A stretch of 64,000 nucleotides of DNA. Origin: Phoronis australis. Its lineage: Eukaryota; Animalia; Phoronida. Position numbers and translations under genes: made by a program. The notes under the pieces are model-generated. The model searched no databases. It was not told the origin of the DNA and saw only the letters and a list, made by a program, of their open reading frames with translations. Shown in pieces: positions 51,501-63,687 of the stretch. Positions within the stretch are counted from its first letter, which is position 1, and each line of letters starts with the position of its first letter. The stretch lies in contig NMRA01000022.1 in the NCBI GenBank assembly GCA_002633005.1, positions 1,294,518 to 1,358,517 on the forward strand, in the 5' to 3' direction.

Positions 51501-54500
51501 ATCTTAACAGTGATGCCAATTTAGTTTTTGACATTATACTTTTTTGGTGAAAATCATATTCTATACTTTTTCCATGCTCGTTATTGGTATTGAATCATTC
51601 ATTAACATTGCTGATCAGTACAATCCCAGATATAGCCACAGACGCAAAAATCAAAACTGCCACTAGGAGGTTCCACACCCACAAATCATTGCCAGCCATC
51701 CTTTCCCAGGAGTAACATATATGGCAATTTCCATAGTCATCCTTAGACTGGTTTGGCTGATAGAGAGGCGGACTGCAAAAACAGACTCAAGAAGGATAAA
51801 AGCGGCCACTAGGTGGCATGCACTAACTCAAATCCAACTATAAATGGGAATATGCCACTAGGGGGCACAGCCTTAATCGAATTCATCTGAAAGTCGTCTG
51901 CAGGTGTTGTCAACTTCGTATAAAATTATTACGCATACCAAATTTAATAAATGATCCTGCAGAGTGTTTAAGAGATACAGTCATGGACGCAAAAAACTGC
52001 CACTAGGATGCGCATCACAGTACTTGGATGGAGGCGTCTGTAAATCATGGCCAGCCATTGTGTCAGAATTATACATTTATTACTTTTTATGACAAATGAA
52101 TGTGGATACTTTTCAGTTTTAGTGAGTGGCAGCACTGTCTTAATGATCTTAGTAACAGACTTGATATGAATAGGCACTTTAACCATGAAGCAGTTTACTG
52201 CGGTGTTGTTCACTGCTTAATAGGTATTGCTCTTTTAACAGTAACTATTGCTGCATTTCATCAACCATGAAGCCATTAATTGCTCAGCTTTCTGCAGTGA
52301 CCTTACAAGGCAGTTTGATTTGTCAGTAGACATTCTATGAGATGGCTGCTGCGTAGATGCTTGTTTATGTCATAGAATTAGCCTGTTAGTGCAGTATAAT
52401 TAGTTGTAGGCCATCATTTATGTTTCCACGTTCAGGGCCATAACGATAAATCATCGTAAGAGACCGTCTGGAGTTGATGTATGGTGCAACTCGGGACGGT
52501 CTGGGGTCAACAGAAAACCACAGTTCAACTGTGAGTCTACACCAGTGTGATAAACGAGAGTAGTTCTAATTGCTGCGTCAGCTGCAGGTATGCTTATCTC
52601 TTTTATGACACACAATGCGTGACCAGTTAAAGCGTTTTCAAAATAATGTGGATAAATCAGTGAAGTGTGAGACCCCTGTGGTCCCTGTCAAGTCCTCACG
52701 ACAATTCTACGTAATGTGAAGACCTTATGCTGTTTATATAATAAAATCTTGATTGTGTCCCATTCCTCTGCTGTATAGGGGAACTTGCAATTGATTTTTT
52801 ATGCTTTTCTGGCCCGAAAGAGTGTCTAACAATTTGTTGTCATTGTCAGGAATTGTGGAATTCATGAAGAAGCATGCTGACCCCAACTGGAAACCACCTC
52901 CGGAGTCTGTTCTCACTCTTACCAAAGATAACTTCGATGACACCGTCAATAATGCCGAGCTGATTCTTGTCGAGTTTTATGCCCCCTGGTGAGTATCCAT
53001 GGTACAAAGCCTGTCTGAAAAATTTGTTAAAATTCAAAACAGTTTATGCTAAGGTTCACAGCAGGTAGTTAGCTACAAGCTGAGCTATTTTTCACAAATC
53101 ATAACTCAGCTTACATAGATACAAGCTCGGTTATCCTGACACACCACCCACATGCGACTAGACACAATGCTCATTGGCCTGTAAACTACATTCCTACACC
53201 TAGTGGTTTATTTTTTCACAACCATTAAGAACATGTTTAATCTTGACAGATTCGGCTCCTACAGCACACATCACGAATTTTTGGCCGACCGGTCGGAAAT
53301 TGGTCGACGAGCGGCCGTCGACCGGTCGTCTAGCCGACCAGCAGCCGACCAACAACGGTCGGCTAGGAGCCGTCTGCTGAGTCGCCTCTGTGGTCGGCAC
53401 TTGGGTCGCCTAATTGGTCGCCTAGCGTAGACGACCAATTCGGATTAAGCGTGTCCTTTGTCGGCAATTACCATTTTATGACTTAGCGGGTGAACTTTGG
53501 ACAAACATTTAACTGTTCGTTTACCAGTGGCAACTCCGGTCTTGACAACCGTTTATCAAATTTTGTTCAACTATTGAATGGAGGTAAAATCGAATCAACC
53601 TACAAATACGAAGTGCGTGACATTACAAAAGCCGAAAACCTTATGTTGAATTAATGACGGCGTTGTAAAATCAAACGTTAAGTGATAGCGGAAAAATAAA
53701 TTCTAACTTTAGATATGAGACTTTTTATACAGTACATTATGCATAAAAACAAGCACGAAATTTGAAATTTACAGCAAAATTGCATAAAAATCAGAATACA
53801 ACACTGGATATTTTACGACCTCAAATGTTTTCATGCCGCGGATTGCTTTGACAACAAGCAGCCCGCATTTGCGCTCATCCGTTATTGCTCTTGATCATCA
53901 CTTCATCACGCTGTATATTGCGCTTTACCACAGATAATTATTGTTTATTTCTGTATAATTTCTTAATATGTTGGTACAGCAATAGAACCCAAGTTTATTT
54001 TAGGAACAATATAAACAATGGTTTGAACATAGCGCCGATATTAAATCATGGGCGCATGAAAACGGAAGACTGTGATCGGTTTATAGTGTAATCCATCATC
54101 CATCATCATTCTGAAATTGTTGTCACTTTCGCAGTAAAAACTTTTTTGAAGCTAGAGCCTTCCTATCTAGCCAGCTAGCTGTGAAGACTATTTTCATAAT
54201 ACAGCAAGGTGCCACTGCGTATTGAGCTCAAACAGACCTCGAAACTTCACACAGCCCGGATAGTTACATGAACGCTTGTCACCTCATCGAAAAGCTTGTA
54301 TCAACATGAGCTCAAGACCGGCGAGTTTGCATGCAAACTCTGGAAGCCAATTGGCATTCAAGTTGCCCGTTACGGCTGTTTAAACGAAAAACATCCGACG
54401 TCATCTTCTTGCGTAATTCTCTGCCTTTTGTAACGAAAAAACGTATGTCGTCGTTTTGAAAAGAGTCATTCGTGACACGCGCCACTTTCAAAATGTTTTC

Positions 54501-57500
54501 GACATCTCCCATTAGATGGTGACAACATCTCAGCAAAATTTGTTCTAAAATTTGGTTCACTGATATCAAAATTCCAAAAACATATAATGAAGTGAAACCA
54601 ATTCTGATCATTTGTCGTGACGTTTACGCAACCTCGAGGGAGAACGTTTGATTGAAGAATCTGGGAAAAAGAAACTGACTAATAGGTGACGCAATATTTC
54701 ATTGCGTCGAAAGTCGACGCAAAAGGTTATACCCTAATTTTAGCAGCAGAATAATTGTAGAAAACCAAATTTTGTAACGCTGGTAAATAATTTAGATTAT
54801 TCTAGGAAGATTTTATTTACCCACAACGGCGCAAATTTGTATACTTAATTGTGTAAACACCTTCGCACCAAGGCTAGAGCCTTCCGAGCCCTTTGGCGTA
54901 AGAACACAATACTTGGCGTTTCGCGTATACTCCAGGGGGTAAAACTTTGAAAATAATATTTTCGGGGTAACTTGGTACAGGTAATCCTAAAAAAATTGTC
55001 TGACGTGTGTTTTCATGTAGAACGTAAAAATTATTAACCCAGTGATTCAAAAAGAACACTCTCGCAAACGAAAACGCACAGAATTTTCAGCTCTATTACC
55101 CTGGTTAAAAAACAACTTCTATAAGTTTATTGCATCAGATTCTAGTGATCACCAGGGCAAGTCAAAACTCTTAAGGGGGCGCAATTTCAAACCTTTGGCA
55201 TGAATCAGTGATATAAAAATGGAATTAGACTGACTTTAATTCATCAGCAGTGTAGACACAACAGTTACAGAGACTGCGTTTGTTAACGTCTTGTGGCAAT
55301 GATAAAAATAAATGTTTCTACTATGATTGATAACAAGTTTTACTCTGATGAGGTATGATGCAATATGCATGTCTAATATGCAGATCGGCAGTTGTAAAAA
55401 TATTTCCTGGATTTAATGAATCCGTTTGATATGAACCACTGTAAAAGTATGATTACTAATTGTACATTCGAAGCACGCCTCATTAGAATAAAAACATACA
55501 CATGCTTGATGATCCTGGGAGCACCTCTAGGCATGAATGAAGATATATAGTTGTTAAGCCATAGAGGATAATAAGGCTTACATAATATCACACTGAGCCA
55601 TTTACACCAGGCATATACAAAGGATACAGTATTTCAAAAGAATCCACAACTACTCATTTTTCATAGTCATAACTACTCATTTTTCATAGTTTACTAAATC
55701 ACGAACACCTAGATTTATATATGAAGTTACACAGAACGCTGCTACACAGCTTGCTCTCCCACATTTATGGGAGGCCTAATTTGCAACATTTACCAACATA
55801 TATTTTCTGTACAAGATTAAAACCAAGCAAAACATGTTAACTCTCCAGGACCAAAAATAAATATCTCAAAACCAGAAATTTTACTTAAGCAGGAATTAAA
55901 ACAATCCAATACATTGAGATTGTTTTCACTCAGAAGACCAAAAAAAACAAATAGACTAAAATTCACCACGTCAAGACTGAAATTTATCACATCAGCACCT
56001 ATAATTTATCAAGTGAGGACCAAAAAGTTCTTAACTTCAGGATCAAAATAAAATACGACCGAACTGAAAATTTAATAAGCCACGTTCAAAAACTTACCAT
56101 GTCAGTAACTTTACACGCCAGAACACCCCGTCACCATCCCCAGGCATTGATCCTTCAAAGTGATAATGTTCCTACTATATGGGCTAAATGTTCAACCTCT
56201 TGCTGACAAGACATATTATCTTGGAAATGTGGTTGAATTTCTTTCGTCTAATCCATGTTTTACAATAGATGCTAATGTATAGGTACACACTGGATTGCCA
56301 TCATTGCATAATGGGTGACCACATTGTCTCTGGGCATGAAAAGAATTCTCTCCTGGCGTGATAAGTTTTCTGATGCAATAAATCCTGGTTGTCAATTGTT
56401 TTTGATTCTACAGAGATTTCAATTCCTGAATAGAAAATGTGTGTTCTGAAATTTTCCGCTTCAGCTTTCCATTCAGCTAACTATTGCACATCACAGTGTT
56501 TTTACTATCCCGTGGCGGCTCCACTGCAACGAATCACTTCTGGGACAACCTTCCGTAAATGACTTTCGTATTTTGCACAATTCTTCGGGGTAACAGTTTT
56601 CCAAGAGCTATATGATCAACGGACAAGTTTCAGTTTGGTATTCGGTTTTATTTTCTTTTTCAGGTAGTCCTTGAGCTCATGCTCTGAATGTTTTGAAAAC
56701 GCAACTCTTTCTTTACGTGGATACGTTTTCTGCCCCGGGGCACCGACTCGGTGAATTCATCAACCAAACATTTATTTTTGAAAATGCCCTCAAAAGTTTA
56801 CTTTTACTCAACACCGTGTTGAGCATAGTCGTCAGTTTAGAAAAGCGAAATGAACAAATTTTCAAACACTGCTCAGAGCACTTTTGTGGACATACGGAAA
56901 CGCCAACGTCTCTGTCTTACAACTCTGAGTGTGCTTGGCATTTCTGATAAAGCGTTCTCATGCTGGAAACTTTTTTAAGACTGAGCAACATTTCAAAAAT
57001 TGTATTTTTTTCTTACAGCTGAGCACAGAAGAATTATTTTGTGATTTTAGGACTGAAACGGAACCAAATCTCGAGTGGTGACTGATTAGAATTGGCAAAA
57101 CTCGGGGAGGGGTGGCGTTACAAGCCAAACGTGTAGTTGCCACTTCTCATTCAGCGTCACTTACTACCTGAGGTGGCCAGATCATACGCTATAAATATCA
57201 CCAGACGCTTTGCTTCTCAAAAGTACACCTTGATGTATTTTCTATCATTTTTGCCATCGCAATCGCTTTACCAAAGATTCACGCACATATCCCGCATAGA
57301 GACAAATACCTCTTCACCACGTATTCACATCTTCCCGTTCACAATTGTTTTATTTTACATAATTTGTCAATATGTTGTTGACAGAAAATATTTATTTTTG
57401 GAACAACGTGAACGACCAACTGATAGGGGCCTACGTGTACATCTAACTAGCCCAGATTTTAACGTCACCGATACATGAAAACAGAATGCGCAAAGCTACA

Positions 57501-60500
57501 ATTGCTGTAGCCTCAACAGTGGTCATTCCGTGTTTGATGTCACCGTCTTAGTTCGTGGAAATCGTAACCATAGTATGATTTCGAAGTTAGAGCCGTCGAA
57601 GTCCATGGGTTTAGGGCATACAGGACCGTGAATTTCGCCGGGTCAATACTATGAAAATAAAACCCCCGGAGTGAGAACTCTTCGCGGTGTAACAACTCAC
57701 TCACTATTCCTTCATCATGGGCGCGTGATAGGAGACCGGTGAATAACTTAAAACACGCAAAAACGATGCAGTTTGGCGTTACACAAACAAAATCAATTGT
57801 GGGCGAAGACTGCGAAAAACAGCCACGTTTACAAAATGACTACAGCGTTGTATTGACCGGGAAGCAACCGATCTAATACAATTTGTTAACGTCAGGAGTC
57901 AAATTAAAGATCACATGTAAAGAAAACTTTCACGTTTTTCATCCAAAATTTGTTGCATTGTCCATAATCCAATGTTTACTAATGCCGCTTGCCTTCAACC
58001 TTCGAAGCAGTGGTGTTACACAACCGTCGTGAACTCATGTAACCGAGAGAGCAAAACTAGGTTAATTTATTTGACCCTGTGCTAAGACGAATATGCATCG
58101 ACACGCAAAGTGGTATGAGCCTGACAACCTATTACGCAACTGCTACTCTAGCCTAAAAATAGCAGCCGACCAGGTGGTCGGCTGATGGCCGGTCAGCTAA
58201 AGGGTCAGCTGAAGGGTCGGCTGTGGGGTCGCCTTATGAGTCGGCACTGCGGGCGGCTGCCGGTCGGCTAATTTTTAGCCGACTGGTCGGCTAATTTGCC
58301 GACCGGTCGACGGCTAGTCGTCGACCAATTTCCGACCGGGCGGACAAAATTTCGTGATGTGTGCTGTATCAGTATTGGTCGCTAGTTGCCGTAGTGATCA
58401 GGCTGTTCCATATTCTGGACAACTTATTCCCTTCGTTTTTCCTGTTCATGACTGATACACTTTCTTGATCCAGATGGACTCTCTTATCTGTTTAGACTCA
58501 ACAGGACATGCATCGTCTCAGTTAATTACATTATGAAAACCAAGAGCACGATCAGTCACTCCAGTTTTGTAGTACTCTGAGACCATCTCTTCTCTGTATG
58601 TGTGACCCTACGCGATCCTTCCTGTGTTCATTTAGTTTGACCAAGTACTCCAGGTATCTCACCGATGTATACAGACTCACAGGCAAGGAATACGATAAAT
58701 ACATTGGCATTTCTTATCCTCTCGTTCGCAGTTGTCAGCCTAAGTGAAGTATACACGATTACAATGAATGAGCAAAAGAAATTTGTTGTTGTCAGGCAAT
58801 AATTTATTTTCAGTGTCTGGGGTACCAGTGGTAATCAGCTAAGTACTTGCCATGCTTTACCATACTTGGCCAAATTCAACATGCTTGACCAACCTTTGTC
58901 ATACTTGGCTGAGTTCAACAGGCTTGAGCAATGTTACCCGTAGTTGACTGACTTCAACAAGCTTGACCAAGCTTTGCCATACTTGGCTGATTTCAACAAG
59001 CTTGACCAAGCTTTGTCATTCAGTATGCCTTCAACTGGCTTGACCAAGCCTTGCCATACTTGGCTGACTTTTCAACACGCTTGTCCAAGCTATGACATCC
59101 TTGCTCGGCCGACTACTTCCTTATGCTTAATTTAACATGGAGAACATTAATTTGTTAAAGGTGCGGTCACTGCAAAGAATTGGCACCCAAATATGAGAGG
59201 GCAGCCAAGAAGCTGAAGCAGATGGAACATTCCATCCCATTGGCCAAAGTAGATGCTACCAAGGAGACTGACCTTGCCACTAGGTATGGGGTCACCGGCT
59301 ACCCCACCATGAAATTGTTCAGGAAGGGCAAGGTGTCCGACTACAATGGACCGAGAGACGAGTACGGTAGGTGGGAGCTGTGTCAGTTTAGGCAATGTAC
59401 AGTGTAGTTGCTTGTTCAATCAATAGGTGTTACATAACAAACTGTTTATACTCATGGTTATGTGATTTAGAAGGTATAATGCATATGACTTGAAAGTGCG
59501 ACACTTAAAAGTACAAAATGCGGTTTGCTTTTATTTAGTCTATATGTAACAAACATTTCTGGCGGTGTGCCAAAAATAACTGTGTTTCATTGTCTGGTTT
59601 GCATTTTACGTTTTCTTAATTACAATTTTCATCCTAGTCTTTCTGTTTTATCATGTCCACCATTAATAATGTCTCCTTCTTAATTTTCAGGAGGTAATAC
59701 AGTTTATTCTTTCACACCAAGACTAGTTTGGGCCATTATCTCTAACTTAGTTTTGTTTGTTACATTTTTCTAGTTACGGTATTAAAGAGTTCTCACCACG
59801 CATTTTCTTAGTTTTTGAGGTTTCAGTTAGCTAAGAAATGAATAACATAAAATCTAACTATTAAAGTATTTCAATCACTTTTTATGCAATTTTTTTCAAA
59901 TTTGGAGAAAACAGTTACTTTTATGTTTCCTGCCATGTGATGTAAAGGGTGGAAGACTTATGGTCACTTGACATTCAATTTGAATGGCGGAACACAGGAG
60001 ATCAGATGATGAGGACGATTTTGAGCGAGATCTGGACAACTATTATGCAAAATAGACACTTAATAATCACTGAGAAAGGCCGCAGTGGTTGAGTCCAATT
60101 TGTTTGGTTGTATAACACAATAACAGGTTGGGCAGATGACTCCTGTAGCCATTATCTTACAAGACTGATTAAGTCCTTTCTGGCATTTATGGTTGGAGAG
60201 TCAGCTCTCTTTTGTTTGATAATTGCTCTAATCTTCAATAAGAGATCGTACCTAGCCAGACCGGGCTGTGCTAGTAAAAATAAAAGTTAAGTCATGAAAT
60301 GTTTGATCATAAACCAATAACAAATACTGATCATGTTTAGTTTGTGACTCGCCAAAATCGCCCAACTACAGCCAAAATTAAGATGATGTATTCTGTCTGA
60401 ATGACCAGCGCACTGGGTTTGACTGTGTTCACACATAGTCAGTAATAAGCCTGGTAGATAATTGGCCTGCATGTTGTCATACCAGGCAAAAGACTATGCT

Positions 60501-63500
60501 TGACAGTTAACAAAGGAACTAGATGTTATCACAGGCTCACAATCACTCTGTGTCTGGTAAATTCACTGAATGGGAGAACGCCCTAATGCTGGGTCACTCA
60601 TATTCACTATTACCATGATGGAATGAGCACAGTCTAAACACAATGGATAAGCCTATGTGTCGTAACACTCGATCTGGGCGGGGATGAGGACCTGGCATCA
60701 CTCGTCCTAGAATGGAAACTTTTTTTTTTGTTATAAAATTGGAAAATTACAAACTTACAAGGTGGCAAGTCCTTCATCGTAACACCACTTTTGTGTTTGG
60801 TCGAAAGATGATTCCTTGAAATGTGCCAAACAAAGGGTAGCTCCCGACTGAATGGCATGTTCCACACTGCTATTACACACTCTTGTAGGGCACACGAACC
60901 GATGCCATTTCTCTGCAACTTTCATGTCCTTAGGATATTTGAACACGGAGTCATTCTCGTTCAAATTGCTGTTATTACAGCCTCCTCAAGTGCACATCTT
61001 CATGTCTGTCTCCACTAACGTTCCTCACAACTCCTCAGTATCGCAATGGTAAAAACAGATATGGCGTAGACGATCTTCCACCCATTACGTACAACCCCGA
61101 TAACAGAAAAACTTAAATTTTCTGCTTGTTTCTTGGCAACAGGTCTACTTAAGGCTATTAAATCTCTTAAGATGATTTAATATATTTTTTAAGACAGGGT
61201 TATGGTGGGAACTCTTTAAAATTATGCATTTCCCATTCCTTGTTACTTTTATTGTGTTCCTACTGAAACTGCTTCTTGTCTTTTGATTATGTTTTAACTG
61301 CATATAAAATAAAAAAGTTGTGTTGTGGGAATATTTGCCCACAATTTCATTATTATGGGAATGTACAGTCCTAATTTCCAGCTTTTTCCAAGGCTTGCTG
61401 AGTCTTGAGGTCAAAATGTTGTACTGACAATAATTAGAGTCCTAACTGCGCAGACTCACCAGGAGAATGATGCTCTGAATGTATGCTAGGAGAAAGTCGT
61501 TCATAAGTGTTTCATAAAAACCTTAATTACTTTTCTCGCAGAAGCCTGCCACAGTAGGATAATCTTAAACAAAAATGTTTCATTAGGTCTTCGGCTTTAC
61601 AATCATGGGTCTAAATACTAAGAATATTCACATGTAACTTCTCTTTTTCAGGCATAATCGACTATATGCAGAATCAGTGGGGTGACGCCTCCAAAGAGAA
61701 GTCTTCCCTCAAGGACTTCAGACTGGCTCTTAACAAGGAGTCTGTCACCATTGCCGGCTTCTTTGACTCTGACTCCGATCCTCTCTATCAGGTCTACCAG
61801 GACTCTGGTCAGTTTTATGTCTGAATCTCTTTATGTTGAGCTGGGGATCGTTTTATGTTTATTTCTTCAATTGTTTTAACATTTAAAAGACTAGTGTTGT
61901 TTGGCTAGCGCCACAAAATCAATGTGGAGCTCCCTATTGGGCTTACTCAGTGCCACCTAGATTAATAAACTAACTATGCTTGCCCACTTACATTCTTCCA
62001 GTAATGTAACATGACTTGTGTAATTTACTAGGACCAGGCGACCAGTGATTGGCTTTGAAGTACCTCAAGGATCTATCGGTGAATTGTATTTTTGGTGAAA
62101 ATGGTATCAAAAATTAATATAGATTAGGCTTTTCCTCTAAGTAACGGACCGTGGTTATTATTTGGTAACATTTCCATCAGATTTTATTGGCAGGTTTTCT
62201 TACAATTGTTATAAAATGTCCTCTTGAGCGTGTTATTTGGAATTCACATAGAATACCAGAAGAATGAATGATTCTGCTCATTCCAGCTAACGATATACGT
62301 GGAGACTACACCTTCATTCACACGTTCAATGCCGACTGCAGAAACGCATACAAGGTGAACTCGGGTTCCATAGCAGTACTCAACGCTGAACAGTTCTACA
62401 CCAAATATGAACCCAAATGGCACGTCTTCGAAAAGGTATGTGCACGTATTCAGTCTTAAGGAAAATTCTATTTTCCTCTTCTGTAAATAGGCTACTGTTT
62501 TGTTGAATACAAGAAATAAATTAGCACACTTACCCTAGGTACTTGGTATTGAAGTTGCCTTGTAGTGTCTGAATATGATTTGATGTGATGTGTCAAGAGA
62601 TTACAGTATTGTTACAGCACTTGAAGCATCTGAATTACAGTTAGTAGCTAGGCATTAATACAGGCATGACTGAAGCGGGATGTTTAAAGTGAAACTTTTA
62701 ATTAAAAGTTCAGCAGTGAACATTCAGTCGAATGCTTGCATGATCCCAAATTGGTATGTTAATACTGTCACTCATTACTGAATATTAATTTAAAAGTAAA
62801 TTTCTAAATTTCACTTTCTTTTTTACTTCTATCAGCCTAGACTTGTGAATGTTGCATGGCGTGTTAAAAGTAAAGCAAACTTGTTGTTGGTTGCAGGCAG
62901 ATGCTTCAGTTAAAGACCTCCAGCAGTTCTACAGCGACCATCGTATCCCCCTGGTGGCAGAATATGTCTGGGATACTAAAGACAAAGCTTACAAAGACAA
63001 GTTCCCACTCTGCCTTGCCTTTTTCACCGTTGACTTTAGCTTCGACTACAGGGATGGTATGTTTGTCTTTGTGACTGTAGGAGTTCAAAATTTTAATGGA
63101 TGATGTTGAGGTTTTCATTTTTTTTCGGAAAATACTTTATTTGCTTTCTTCACTATCAACTTTGGCCTTTGGAAGACTGTTGAGCAAGTTAATTAGTTTT
63201 TGCTAATGAATCGTATTCTTCGCTATCGACTTGACTTTGGCTGCGACATCAAATACCAGAAAACGCGAGTCATTTTGCAAAAGGTTGCATCCACTAATTA
63301 TTGATTAATATGCAATTCTTACACTTTGACAATTCCTAGACCTACTCAAAAAGGTAATTTTGCATGCAACTTATGGTGCAAGTATTTTTACATTATGCGG
63401 GATTATATTTTCGCCTAAAGTGAGAACATCGGGAAGAGAAAATATGTGAAGGCCAGCACTCACGATGGTACTCCAGGTTGTATTGTATTGTATTGTAACT

Positions 63501-63687
63501 ATTTCAGTGGTCTGTCAATAAGTGACTACTTCTTATTTTTATTTAGCCACCCAGGTCTGGAGGAAGAAGATTGCCGATGTTGCCAAAGACTTCAAGGATA
63601 TCACGTTCGCCATCGCTGATGAAGAAAAGATGTCTGACGACTTCAAATCATTCGGCTTCGACGATTCGGCCGAGGAGCTTAATATAG
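45455..63687 (+). CDS. PDIA4: protein disulfide-isomerase A4 (ERp72), 5' part (10 exons; continues past the window)
   Basis: Signal peptide plus acidic stretch, two tandem WCGHC thioredoxin domains joined by the [10 protein letters not shown] linker, then b/b' domains ([18 protein letters not shown]). All introns are GT-AG with consistent phases. Confidence 0.95.
50317..50449 (+). CDS. PDIA4: PDIA4 exon 2
   Basis: aaag|ct gcc...[13 protein letters not shown]...VEFYAP tg|gtatgt. Confidence 0.9.
50769..50891 (+). CDS. PDIA4: PDIA4 exon 3
   Basis: ttcag|g [11 protein letters not shown]...AKVDAT...ag|gtatac. Confidence 0.92.
51283..51365 (+). CDS. PDIA4: PDIA4 exon 4
   Basis: gtag|a [27 protein letters not shown] g|gtaag. 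Confidence 0.92.
52850..52988 (+). CDS. PDIA4: PDIA4 exon 5
   Basis: tcag|ga [18 protein letters not shown]...VEFYAP tg|gtgagt. Confidence 0.92.
53262..58366. mobile_element. 5.1-kb TIR DNA transposon in PDIA4 intron 5 (TA-flanked, CCGACC subterminal arrays)
   Basis: ~67-bp TIR cagcacacatcacgaa.../...ttcgtgatgtgtgctg. TA at 53260-53261 and 58367-58368. Arrays of (g)ccgacc/ggtcgg at 53280-53440 and 58160-58345. Confidence 0.85.
56505..56681 (-). pseudogene. Tc1/mariner-superfamily transposase C-terminal fragment
   Basis: [57 protein letters not shown] resembles the segment after SPDLNPIENxW in Tc1-like transposases. One internal stop. Confidence 0.7.
58846..59103. repeat. 39-bp minisatellite (~6 copies)
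   Basis: Unit catacttggctgatttcaacaagcttgaccaagctttgc recurs at 58861, 58900, 58978 and 59055, with degenerate copies between. Confidence 0.85.
59161..59366 (+). CDS. PDIA4: PDIA4 exon 6
   Basis: aaag|g [15 protein letters not shown]...[11 protein letters not shown]...GPRDEY g|gtaggt. Confidence 0.92.
59786..61215 (-). mobile_element. non-autonomous Kolobok transposon in PDIA4 intron 6
   Basis: TTAA at 59782-59785 and 61216-61219. TIR agagttctcacca / tggtgggaactct. Contains a THAP pseudogene. Confidence 0.75.
60759..61003 (-). pseudogene. THAP zinc-finger domain (Kolobok transposase exon 1)
   Basis: MKMCT*GGCNNSN...[18 protein letters not shown]...[11 protein letters not shown]: C2CH THAP signature with one premature stop, ending at a gtaagt donor. 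Confidence 0.8.
61652..61807 (+). CDS. PDIA4: PDIA4 exon 7
   Basis: ttcag|gc [13 protein letters not shown]...IAGFF...YQDS g|gtcagt. Confidence 0.9.
62287..62435 (+). CDS. PDIA4: PDIA4 exon 8
   Basis: ccag|ct [13 protein letters not shown]...[14 protein letters not shown]|gtatgt. Confidence 0.9.
62897..63056 (+). CDS. PDIA4: PDIA4 exon 9
   Basis: gcag|ADASVKDL...[11 protein letters not shown] g|gtatgt. Confidence 0.9.
63547..63687 (+). CDS. PDIA4: PDIA4 exon 10
   Basis: ttag|cc [15 protein letters not shown]...FAIADEE...EELNI g|gtaaca. Confidence 0.9.
   Translation, partial: PPRSGGRRLPMLPKTSRISRSPSLMKKRCLTTSNHSASTIRPRSLI

Noticed and set aside
52452-52545. Hairpin agaccgtc...gacggtct followed by ANANNA and ACA (H/ACA snoRNA candidate)
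   Set aside because: The second hairpin is too small and there are no pseudouridylation pockets.
53200-53430. Arg-rich ORFs on both strands
   Set aside because: Translation of the GC-rich subterminal arrays of the transposon.
58944-59135. ORF with DFNKLDQAL repeats; repeat array considered as CRISPR-like
   Set aside because: A 39-bp tandem minisatellite without unique spacers, in a eukaryotic intron with no cas genes.
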